64,000 bases of DNA from Octopus sinensis (Eukaryota), in contig NC_043001.1 of NCBI RefSeq assembly GCF_006345805.1, positions 27,218,001 through 27,282,000 of the forward strand. The letters run 5' to 3'. Within the stretch, counting starts at the first letter, position 1. Each line of letters starts with the position of its first letter. Below the pieces are notes generated by a model. It was given only the letters and a program-made list of their open reading frames with translations. It was not told the DNA's origin and ran no database searches. The position numbers were made by a program, and so were the translations under genes. Positions 54,343-64,000 of this stretch are shown here, piece by piece.

Positions 54343-56030
54343 GTATATGCATACATACAATGACTGCACATCATTAGAGTACTGCTTCCATACATCGAAT
54401 GTTACACCAATAATCTATGCATGCACACATGTACTCATGCATACATACATACAAATTTAGACACATCCATTTATATACATAAATGTGTAATGGTGTCAGT
54501 GTTTGTGTGTGTGTTTGTGTCTGTTTGGGATTACAGTTACTCCTCCCACACCGTCCAACTAATTTTAATGATATTTGGTATATAGGTAGATCACAAGTCC
54601 TCAAGTTCAAATAAAGCCGGAATTTTTCGAAAATTCCATAATGATCAGTTGGCATCGATTTTTGTGAGCTCTATCGAAAATTCCCATAATGATGCTATTT
54701 ATTCTGCAGCTTTTGCACTTTTTCACATGTAAGATTTCAACAAAGTCGAGAGAATAGTCTCTTAGAAAATGCTTATTCAATACAAGTGGGCTTAACAATA
54801 CAGGTGACTTAACCTCAACGTGAAAACATGAGCAATGCTGGGTCCAATATCTAGTACATACATACATATACACATGCTTGCATACATACATACATACATA
54901 CATACATGGTGGCTGCCCCCTCGTTATCGAGTATGGCCATTGCACGAAGCTTAATCAATGTTGTTATCATGCAATGCCTGTGCAAGAAGATATTTTCTAA
55001 AGTGAGGAAAGGCTGTGCACTGAGTCAATCCCACTCACTTAATAACAGTAGCCTTAATCCGAAAAGAAGAACAAGTCAACATCATCGGTAACCACTGAGC
55101 CGCAGATTTTATGTCAGAGTTATCCCAGTTACCTGAGTTACCTTCTCCTGGAAGGATGCCCTAACAAAGGCTAGGAGTCCTTCACTCCCAATGGTTTAAC
55201 CGCGTGATCAGGTATTCAGTCCCATTATTTCTATGTCCCCGCGCATGATACATCCTTAAGACATTTATTGGATGGCCGTTGACTCTCAAGAGTTCCTCCA
55301 CTCTTTGACGGGTTTTGTTTTTCATCCCACAGGGTGTCCAATAAACACCCTCCTCACCAAGCAAGCTTGGTGGGGTGGCCGGTTTAGTCGCTGACAACCC
55401 TGCAACAGGTTGTACTGGGTTACATATTACCTGTAGCACTCGAAAGTGACCTGACATAGATACATACATACATACATACATACATACATACATACATACA
55501 TACATACATACATGGCAGCTGCAACCAAGTTTTGAGTAATGATATTGTTTGAGCTTGATTGTTCTCTTAAACATGAGCAGCACAAAGGTGGAGTTTCAGT
55601 CCTGCCTGAGACTTACACTCATTTGTACAGAGTTGGCAATGATGCGTGCCTATAACAGTAGGTGTTACAATATTGTTTTGATGAACCTTCATGTAATGTT
55701 TTAGTCTGTGTCCTGACACATATCCCTTTACACACTCTCTGCAAAAAGAGATGCTGTATATTGTGTATTTAACAAATTCTCTGTGCATATGGCTTCTTTG
55801 ATGATTTGTAAATCTGTTTTACTGAGGTAAACACACCCTTATTTGTTACATGTTAATCTGGGTTTTCTGCGAAAATTCTCATTGAAAGTCACATGAAGAT
55901 TCTCAGTAACATCTCCCTTGAGTTTTTCCTACATTATATGATTTTATTTTAATTCTCTCCTGCACTACCATGATCCACAATATATATATATATATATATA
56001 ACTAAAAATGAGGGTGTTTGACTATTTCAG

Positions 56031-56160
56031 ATATAGTTACAACTACAAAAGCTACCGTTACAACTACAAAAGCTACAGTTGCAACTACACAAGCTCCAGT
56101 TACAACAACTCTTTCCCTGGACTGTCCAGATAATGAAATGTATTGTGCAGCCACAAACAC
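56031..56160 (+). CDS. Thr-rich linker plus LDLa 4 first half (DIVTTTKATVTTTKATVATTQAPVTTTLSLDCPDNEMYCAATNT), phase 1-2
   Basis: tttcag/gtaaga sites; 130 nt, open frame. Confidence 0.9.
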
Positions 56161-56493
56161 GTAAGATAACTCATTTTTTTCTTTCTCATCCTATTAACCA
56201 TCTTAATATTCATAAGCAATGAATATGTTTCTAAAGTACGTTATAAACTAGGGGAAGAAAAAGCAAATCTGGTTATAATTTTTTGAAAGGTGAACACATC
56301 TTTCTCTTACCTATATGTGAAAGTGTGTCTGGCTTCTCATGCAATGAATTTTTCTCTTGATCACATACTAGAATAAATATTTTCTTTCATCACCTAGACA
56401 AAAAATATTTTCTTCTCAAAAGCCATAAATTAAAATACACACATAAGTATTGCTTGAGTTGATTTCTATATGAACAAAATTTCATTATAACAG

Positions 56494-56564
56494 CTGCATT
56501 TTACTGAGTTGGAAATGTGATGGAGAAAATGACTGTCCAAATGGGGAAGATGAGAAAGATTGTG
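56494..56564 (+). CDS. LDLa 4, second half ([23 protein letters not shown])
   Basis: aacag/gtatgt sites; 71 nt. Confidence 0.93.
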
Positions 56565-57851
56565 GTATGTATAATAATTAAAATGATTTTAATTCAATGC
56601 AAGTTGCTATATTTGAATTTATAAATATGATTATAACAAGGTTGTCACAATTCTGTAACTGTAAAATCAATTATTATGTATTATTTGGGAAGGTAACTTA
56701 CAAATGATAGAAAACTTTTCTCCCAGTTCTGGTCAAGCTTCAATGATATGTAATTATGACTGATAAAGTATGCTTGAATTGTTTCACATTTTCATTCTAT
56801 TGCTAATGATTGACAGCTTGTTTATTCAGACGTTTCTAAAGCATAAATATTTCATATTTTTCTTTTCTCCTTAAACACTTTATTTCAATGTCTTTCCTAT
56901 ATGTGATGTTTGCATAATACATAAAACCTTCTCTTCCTATCCTTCATTTCAAGCACATGGATTTCAGTAACAAAAATTTCCAGTTAGACTGGAAATCTCT
57001 TTTCCATAAGTGATATGCTTTAAATTGTTTTCCCATTTCATCTCAATAGTTTGCTGTAGATTGCTTAATAGTCTAAATGCGTGTCTGGGTGTGTGCATGT
57101 GAATCCATATCTATATATCTATTGTTCTGTCTTTTCCTGTTTTTTCTTTTTTATTTTTTTACTGTTTTGTTCTCACAGTTCTGTTCTTGTTACCACTTTC
57201 ACCCTCCGCAAAAAATCCCAAATTTTATTTAAGTACTTGTAATAATGGGCAATCATTATCAAAAATGAGAAATTTACTTAAACAACAGGAATTTAATTCG
57301 GTGAAAGAAAAAGCAAGAAGACTCTCAGGCTGCAAGTACACAAAACATAAACGCCACTTCATAGAAAGTTAAATATGGCCAATTTTATTTAAAATTACAA
57401 AAATAATCCTTGTAATTTTTCCTTTTTATGTCTACTGCAAGAAGCTGGCTTTGCACCCACATGGTTTCAGGTTCCATCTCACTACAGGGCATCTTGGGAA
57501 AGTGTCTTCCACTATAGCCCCAGCCCATCCATTGCCTTTGTGAGTGGATTTCATTAATGGTTGGAAGCTAATTGTGTATAATATATATACGTGTGTTTAT
57601 GTGTCTTTATGTTTGTCCCTCCATCAACATTTGACAATCGGTGTTGGTATATCAAAGTCCCTGTAACTTAGTAGTACAACACAAGTAACTGATAGAATAA
57701 GTGAGGCTTTAAAAAAAGAACTGAGGCCAATTTATTTCACTAAACTCATCAAGCAGTGTCCCTACTTGACTGGGACACTACTTGACAGGTTTAGTCAAAT
57801 GACTGAAACAAGTAAATGATAAAAGTTAAAAGATTTGTTTGACTATTTCAG

Positions 57852-57936
57852 TTATAGTTACCACTACACAAGCACCAGTAACAATTTTCCCTCTGGGCTG
57901 TTCAGCTAATGAAATGTACTGTTCAGCATCAAAGAC
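57852..57936 (+). CDS. LDLa 5, first half (IVTTTQAPVTIFPLGCSANEMYCSASKT)
   Basis: tttcag/gtaaga sites; 85 nt. Confidence 0.9.
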
Positions 57937-58086
57937 GTAAGATAACTCATTTTTCTTTCTCATCCTATTAACTATTTTAATATTCATAAGCATTGAATAC
58001 GTTTCAATAGAATGTTATAAAGTAGTAGAACGAAAAGCAAATCTTGCTATAACTTTATGAAAGTTGAACACAACTTTCTGTTACAT

Positions 58087-58482
58087 ATTACTAGCGGCAT
58101 TGCCCAGCGTTGCTCGGGTTTGTTTTGACCCTTTAGAATTGAAATTTTTGAAAACTAAACATTTGGCATTATGTAGCTTGTTATTCTCTTTAAGTGAACA
58201 TCTTTCTAGTTGAAATACACCAACAAATGGCAACACAGCAGTCAAAAAATCGTAAAAAATAGGGATTTTCATAGAGAAAAAGCACCTTTTTGATCTAAAT
58301 GATTTTTGGTCTTAACTTGGTCCAATTTGAATTTTATCTTCTATGGAATGAAGAGCAAACCTTCTTCTATCAGACTCTCAATTTTAGTTAACTTGCGCCG
58401 CAGGATCTCAGAGGAGATAATGTTAGTTGAAGGCTACCAAACCTGCCACACACAGACAACTTCAGCTTTATATATATATAGA
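58087..58482 (+). mobile_element. Non-autonomous Helitron/HINE-like insertion in the LDLa 5 internal intron
   Basis: Starts actagcggcattgcccagcgttgctcggg and ends ctttatatatatagat; absent from the paralogous introns. Confidence 0.55.
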
Positions 58483-58668
58483 TTAGATGTGACTATAACA
58501 GTATCTCTGGTTTCTCATGCAAGGAATTTTTCTCTTTATCACATACTAGAATGAATATTTTCTTTCATCAACTAGACAAAAAATATTTTCTTCTCAAAAA
58601 CAATAAATCAAAATACACACACATGTATTGCTTCAGTTGATTTCTAAATAAACAAAATTTCCTCATAG

Positions 58669-58742
58669 CAACTGCATTCCACTGGCTTGGAAATGTGACG
58701 GACAAAATGACTGCCCTGATGGAGAAGATGAGGAAGATTGTG
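58669..58742 (+). CDS. LDLa 5, second half ([24 protein letters not shown]), acceptor shifted 3 nt upstream
   Basis: catag acceptor, 74 nt, gtatgt donor; frame preserved. Confidence 0.85.
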
Positions 58743-59466
58743 GTATGTATAATAATTAAAATGATTTTTTATTCAATGCAATTGGCTATATTTGAATTTG
58801 TAAATATAATTATAACAAGCTTGTCACAATCCAGTAACTGAGTAAAATAAATTATTTTGCATTATTTGTATACATGTGTACATGTGTGCATGCATGGATG
58901 ATTGGTGTAACATTCGATGTATGGAAGCAGTACTCTAATGATGTGTGGTCGTTGTATGTATATATGTATGTATGTATGTAGACATATACATGGGTGTGTG
59001 CATGTGTGTGTGCATGTGCTATATTTGAATTTATAAATATGATTATAACAAGGTTGTCACAATTCTGTAACTGTAAAATCAATTATTATGTATTATTTGG
59101 GAAGGTAACTTACAAATGATAGAAAACTTTTCTCCCAGTTCTGATCAAGCTTTAATGATATGTAATTATGACTAATAAAGTATGCTTGAATTGTTTCACA
59201 TTTTCATTCAATTGCTAATGATTGATAGCTTGTGTATTCAGACATGATGATGATGATGATTTATATATATATATAAAGTCATAAATAAGGATAATATCAA
59301 TATTTGAATATCGATATTATCAAGTGGCCAGCATGGGAAAAATACCGTACAAAGGTAATAATTTTTTACAACTAAAAATAAGGGTATCTGAGAGACTGGT
59401 TTTTAAAGTCAGGGTTTTGACTGCTATTTCGGCATGGTGGTGTCTCTCAGACACCCTCATTTTTAG

Positions 59467-59497
<31 letters not shown>

Positions 59498-59559
59498 GGA
59501 TCATGGTAGTGCAGGAGAGAATTAAAATAAAATCATATAATGTAGGAAAAACTCAAGGG

Positions 59560-59920
59560 AGATGTTACTGAGAATCTTCATGTGACTTTCAATGAGAATT
59601 TTCGCAGAAAACCCAGATTAACATGTAACAAATAAGGGTGTGTTTACCTCAGTAAAACAGATTTACAAATCATCAAAGAAGCCATATGCACAGAGAATTT
59701 GTTAAATACACAATATACAGCATCTCTTTTTGCAGAGAGTGTGTAAAGGGATATGTGTCAGGACACAGACTAAAACATTACATGAAGGTTCATCAAAACA
59801 ATATTGTAACACCTACTGTTATAGGCACGCATCATTGCCAACTCTGTACAAATGAGTGTAAGTCTCAGGCAGGACTGAAACTCCACCTTTGTGCTGCTCA
59901 TGTTTAAGAGAACAATCAAG
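59560..59920 (+). mobile_element. RTE-type LINE 3' end with a zinc-finger-like tail (inverted copy at ~55555-55900)
   Basis: CQLCTNECKSQAGLKLH motif resembling RTE C-termini. Confidence 0.5.
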
Positions 59921-61112
59921 CTCAAACAATATCATTACTCAAAACTTGGTTGCAGCTGCCATGTATGTATGCATGTATGTATGTATGTATCTATGTCAGG
60001 TCACTTTCGAGTGCTACAGGTAATATGTAACCCAGTACAACCTGTTGCAGGGTTGTCAGTGACTAAACCGGCCACCCCACCAAGCTTGCTTGGTGAGGAG
60101 GGTGTTTATTGGACACCCTGTGGGATGAAAAACAAAACCCGTCAAAGAGTGGAGGAACTCTTGAGAGTCAACTGCCATCCAATAAATGTCTTAAGGATGT
60201 ATCATGCGCGGGGACATAGAAATAATGGGACTGAATACCTGATCACGCGGTTAAACCATTGGGAGTGAAGGACTCCTAGCCTTTGTTAGGGCATCCTTCC
60301 AGGAGAAGGTAACTCAGGTAACTAGGATAACTCCGACATAAAATCTGCGGCTCAGTGGTTACCGATGATGTTGACTTGTTCTTCTTTTCGGATTAAGGCT
60401 ACTGTTATTAAGTGAGTGGGATTGACTCAGTGCACAGCCTTTCCTCACTTTAGAAAATATCTTCTTGCACAGGCATTGCATGATAACAACATTGATTAAG
60501 CTTCGTGCAATGGCCATACTCGATAACGAGGGGGCAGCCACCATGTATGTATGTATGTATGTATGTATGCAAGCATGCGTATATGTATGTATGTACTAGA
60601 TATTGGACCCAGCATTGCTCATGTTTTCACGTTGAGGTTAAGTCACCTGTATTGTTAAGCCCACTTGTATTGAATAAGCATTTTCTAAGAGACTATTCTC
60701 TCGACTTTGTTGAAATCTTACATGTGAAAAAGTGCAAAAGCTGCAGAATAAATAGCATCATTATGGGAATTTTCGATAGAGCTCACAAAAATCGATGCCA
60801 ACTGATCATTATGGAATTTTCGAAAAATTCCGGCTTTATTTGAACTTGAGGACTTGTGATCTACCTATATACCAAATATCATTAAAATTAGTTGGACGGT
60901 GTGGGAGGAGTAACTGTAATCCCAAACAGACACAAACACACACACAAACACTGACACCATTATACATTTATGTATATAAATGGATGTGTCTAAATTTGTA
61001 TGTATGTATGCATGAGTACATGTGTGCATGCATAGATTATTGGTGTAACATTCGATGTATGGAAGCAGTACTCTAATGATGTGCAGTCATTGTATGTATG
61101 TATGCATATACT

Positions 61113-61143
<31 letters not shown>

Positions 61144-62004
61144 TTGCATGTATGTGTTTGTCTCAGTGAGTTTCTTTCTCTCATCATCCTCACCAACTGC
61201 AAACATCACAGGTGATGTCTCATGCTTGCAGTCAGTCACAAAATCATATCTGGGCTGTTCATTGTTTAACAAACTAGGAGTTTAAAAACTTGCTTGGAAA
61301 AAGGTGAGGGTTAACAACAGGAAAGGCATCAGGCTATGGAAAAATCTCTCTCAAAGAATCCTGTCTGATCCATGCAAAAAAGAAAAAAATGGACTTTAAA
61401 ATGAAAATGATGATCAATTGCAACTCTCACTTTCATGTTGCTGATTACTGATTCCTGATTAATGAAATAATTTACAGTAAGAAAGAAACCTGACACAGTA
61501 CAAGCAAAAATAAGTATCAGTTTTTAAGTAACCAATCAATTCTCAAAAGCCAATGATATTGTGATGTTTACAAATATTTTTCTTTTCATTTTTCAATTTC
61601 ATGTCTATCACATGGTTTAGGTTCAGTCCCATTACAGGACACATTGAGCAAGTGTCTTCCACAATAGCCCTAACCCAACTAGTGCCTTGTGAGTGGATTT
61701 GCTTGGTGGGTAGAAGCTCATTGCGTTATAATATGTGTGTTTATGTGAATTTGTGTTTGTGATTCCCTCTCCACTGACATTTGATAACCAGTGTTTGTTT
61801 GTTAATGTCCCTGGAATTTAGTGGCACAGCACAATCAACTGATAGAAATAGTATGAGATCTTAAAAATAAGAACCGGAGCCAATTTATTTGACTAAGCCC
61901 TTCAAATATCATGCCACCATGACTGGGTCACTGCTTGAAGGATTTAATCAAATGACTGAAGCAAGTAAATGATAAAAGTTAAAAGATTTGTTTTACTATT
62001 TCAG

Positions 62005-62113
62005 ATATAGTTACAACTACACGAGCTCCAGTTACAACTACACAAGCTCCAGTTACAACAACTCTTTCCCTGGACTGTTCAGATAATGAAATGTATTGTA
62101 CATCCACAAACAC
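62005..62113 (+). CDS. Thr-rich linker plus LDLa 6 first half (IVTTTRAPVTTTQAPVTTTLSLDCSDNEMYCTSTNT)
   Basis: tttcag acceptor; variant donor gtacga; 109 nt. Confidence 0.85.
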
Positions 62114-62445
62114 GTACGATAACTCTTTTTTTCTTTCTCATCCTATTAACCATCTTAATATTCATAAGCAATGAATATGTTTCTAAAGTACGTTATAAAC
62201 TAGGGGAAGAAAAAGCAAATCTGGTTATAATTTTATGAAAGGTGAACACATCTTTCTCTTACCTATATGTGAAAGTGTGTCTGGCTTCTCATGCAATGAA
62301 TTTTGCTCTTGATCACATACTAGAATAAATATTTTCTTTCATCACCTAGACAAAAAATATTTTCTTCTCAAAAGCCATAAATTAAAATACACACATAAGT
62401 ATTGCTTGAGTTGATTTCTATATGAACAAAATTTCATTATAACAG

Positions 62446-62516
62446 CTGCATTTTACTGAGTTGGAAATGTGATGGAGAAAATGACTGTCCAAATGGGGAA
62501 GATGAGAAAGATTGTG
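62446..62516 (+). CDS. LDLa 6, second half, identical to 56494-56564
   Basis: aacag/gtatgt sites; 71 nt. Confidence 0.9.
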
Positions 62517-63804
62517 GTATGTATAATAATTGAAATGATTTTAATTCATTATAAGTGGCTATATTTGAATTTATAAATATGATTATAACAAGGTTGTCAC
62601 AATTCTGTAACTGTAAAATCAATTATTATGTATTATTTGGGAAGGTAACTTACAAATGATAGAAAACTTTTCTCCCAGTTCTGGTCAAGCTTCAATGATA
62701 TGTAATTATGACTGATAAAGTATGCTTGAATTGTTTCACATTTTCATTCTATTGCTAATGATTGACAGCTTGTTTATTCAGACGTTTCTAAAGCATAAAT
62801 ATTTCATATTTTTCTTTTCTCCTTAAACACTTTATTTCAATGTCTTTCCTATATGTGATGTTTGCATAATACATAAAACCTTCTCTTCCTATCCTTCATT
62901 TCAAGCACATGGATTTCAGTAACAAAAATTTCCAGTTAGACTGGAAATCTCTTTTCCATAAGTGATATGCTTTAAATTGTTTTCCCATTTCATCTCAATA
63001 GTTTGCTGTAGATTGCTTAATAGTCTAAATGCGTGTCTGGGTGTGTGCATGTGAATCCATATCTATATATCTATTGTTCTGTCTTTTCCTGTTTTTTCTT
63101 TTTTATTTTTTTACTGTTTTGTTCTCACAGTTCTGTTCTTGTTACCACTTTCACCCTCCGCAAAAAATCCCAAATTTTATTTAAGTACTTGTAATAATGG
63201 GCAATCATTATCAAAAATGAGAAATTTACTTAAACAACAGGAATTTAATTCGGTGAAAGAAAAAGCAAGAAGACTCTCAGGCTGCAGAGACACAAAACAT
63301 AAACGCCACTTCATAGAAAGTTAAATATGGCCAATTTTATTTAAAATTACAAAAATAATCCTTGTAATTTTTCCTTTTTATGTCTACTGCAAGAAGCTGG
63401 CTTTGCACCCACATGGTTTCAGGTTCCATCTCACTACAGGGCATCTTGGGAAAGTGTCTTCCACTATAGCCCCAGCCCATCCATTGCCTTTGTGAGTGGA
63501 TTTCATTAATGGTTGGAAGCTAATTGTGTATAATATATATATGTGTGTTTATGTGTCTTTATGTTTGTCCCTCCATCAACATTTGACAATCGGTGTTGGT
63601 ATATCAAAGTCCCTGTAACTTAGTAGTACAACACAAGTAACTGATAGAATAAGTGAGGCTTTAAAAAAAAGAACTGAGGCCAATTTATTTCACTAAACTC
63701 ATCAAGCAGTGTCCCTACTTGACTGGGACACTACTTGACAGGTTTAGTCAAATGACTGAAACAAGTAAATGATAAAAGTTAAAAGATTTGTTTGACTATT
63801 TCAG

Positions 63805-63889
63805 TTATAGTTACCACTACACAAGCACCAGTAACAATTTTCCCTCTGGGCTGTTCAGCTAATGAAATGTACTGTTCAGCATCAAAGAT
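63805..63889 (+). CDS. LDLa 7, first half (copy of 57852-57936); the gene continues past the window
   Basis: tttcag/gtaaga sites; one substitution (AC to AT at the exon end) versus 57852. Confidence 0.9.
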
Positions 63890-64000
63890 GTAAGATAACT
63901 CATTTTTCTTTCTCATCCTATTAACTATTTTAATATTCATAAGCATTGAATACGTTTCAATAGAATGTTATAAAGTAGTAGAACGAAAAGCAAATCTTGC

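Larger units (their letters stand above)
52493..56017 (-). repeat. Inverted, circularly permuted copy of an LDLa repeat unit (homologous to 59017-59417 and 59451-~62785)
   Basis: Reverse-complement matches, including six mirror-image ORF pairs in the track (for example 55567-55788 with 59686-59907). Confidence 0.92.
56140..58080 (+). repeat. Direct repeat, near-identical to ~62090-64000 (offset ~5952)
   Basis: Exons and intron match with only scattered substitutions. Confidence 0.92.

Noticed and set aside
52493-64000. The inverted and direct duplications as pure assembly artefacts
   Set aside because: The copies carry distinct substitutions, copy-specific junctions with microhomology, and different exon variants. 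Read support is still needed, especially for the near-identical 56140-58080 / 62090-64000 pair.

Overview
AT-rich, microsatellite- and SINE-dense eukaryotic DNA. The repeat families look like those of an octopus-type cephalopod (inference, no database search). One plus-strand, multi-exon gene runs through the whole window and is open at both ends. I recovered 24 GT-AG exons whose phases chain together, encoding: Pro/Thr linker - SRCR (group A) - C-type lectin - kringle 1 - LDLa 1 - kringle 2 - LDLa 2 to 6 and the first half of LDLa 7, with Thr-rich spacers. The domain order recalls Tequila/neurotrypsin-like mosaic proteases, but no protease domain lies in the window. The gene appears to be growing by module duplication. 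There is a dispersed copy of the kringle cassette, old and young LDLa duplications, and a 3.5-kb LDLa unit inserted in inverted, circularly permuted form between two copies of a 144-bp target. That insertion creates a truncated decoy exon, an intact antisense exon pair, and a multi-kb inverted repeat around four exons. The second SRCR exon has an apparent 1-nt frameshift. The introns hold Penelope-like elements (two degenerate hammerhead-like motifs), R4/Dong and RTE LINE pieces, mariner, maT, hAT, Gypsy and Helitron-type remnants, many SINEs, a 182-bp-arm palindrome, and a CpG-rich promoter-like island. All coordinates and identities were read by eye; repeat boundaries are approximate.
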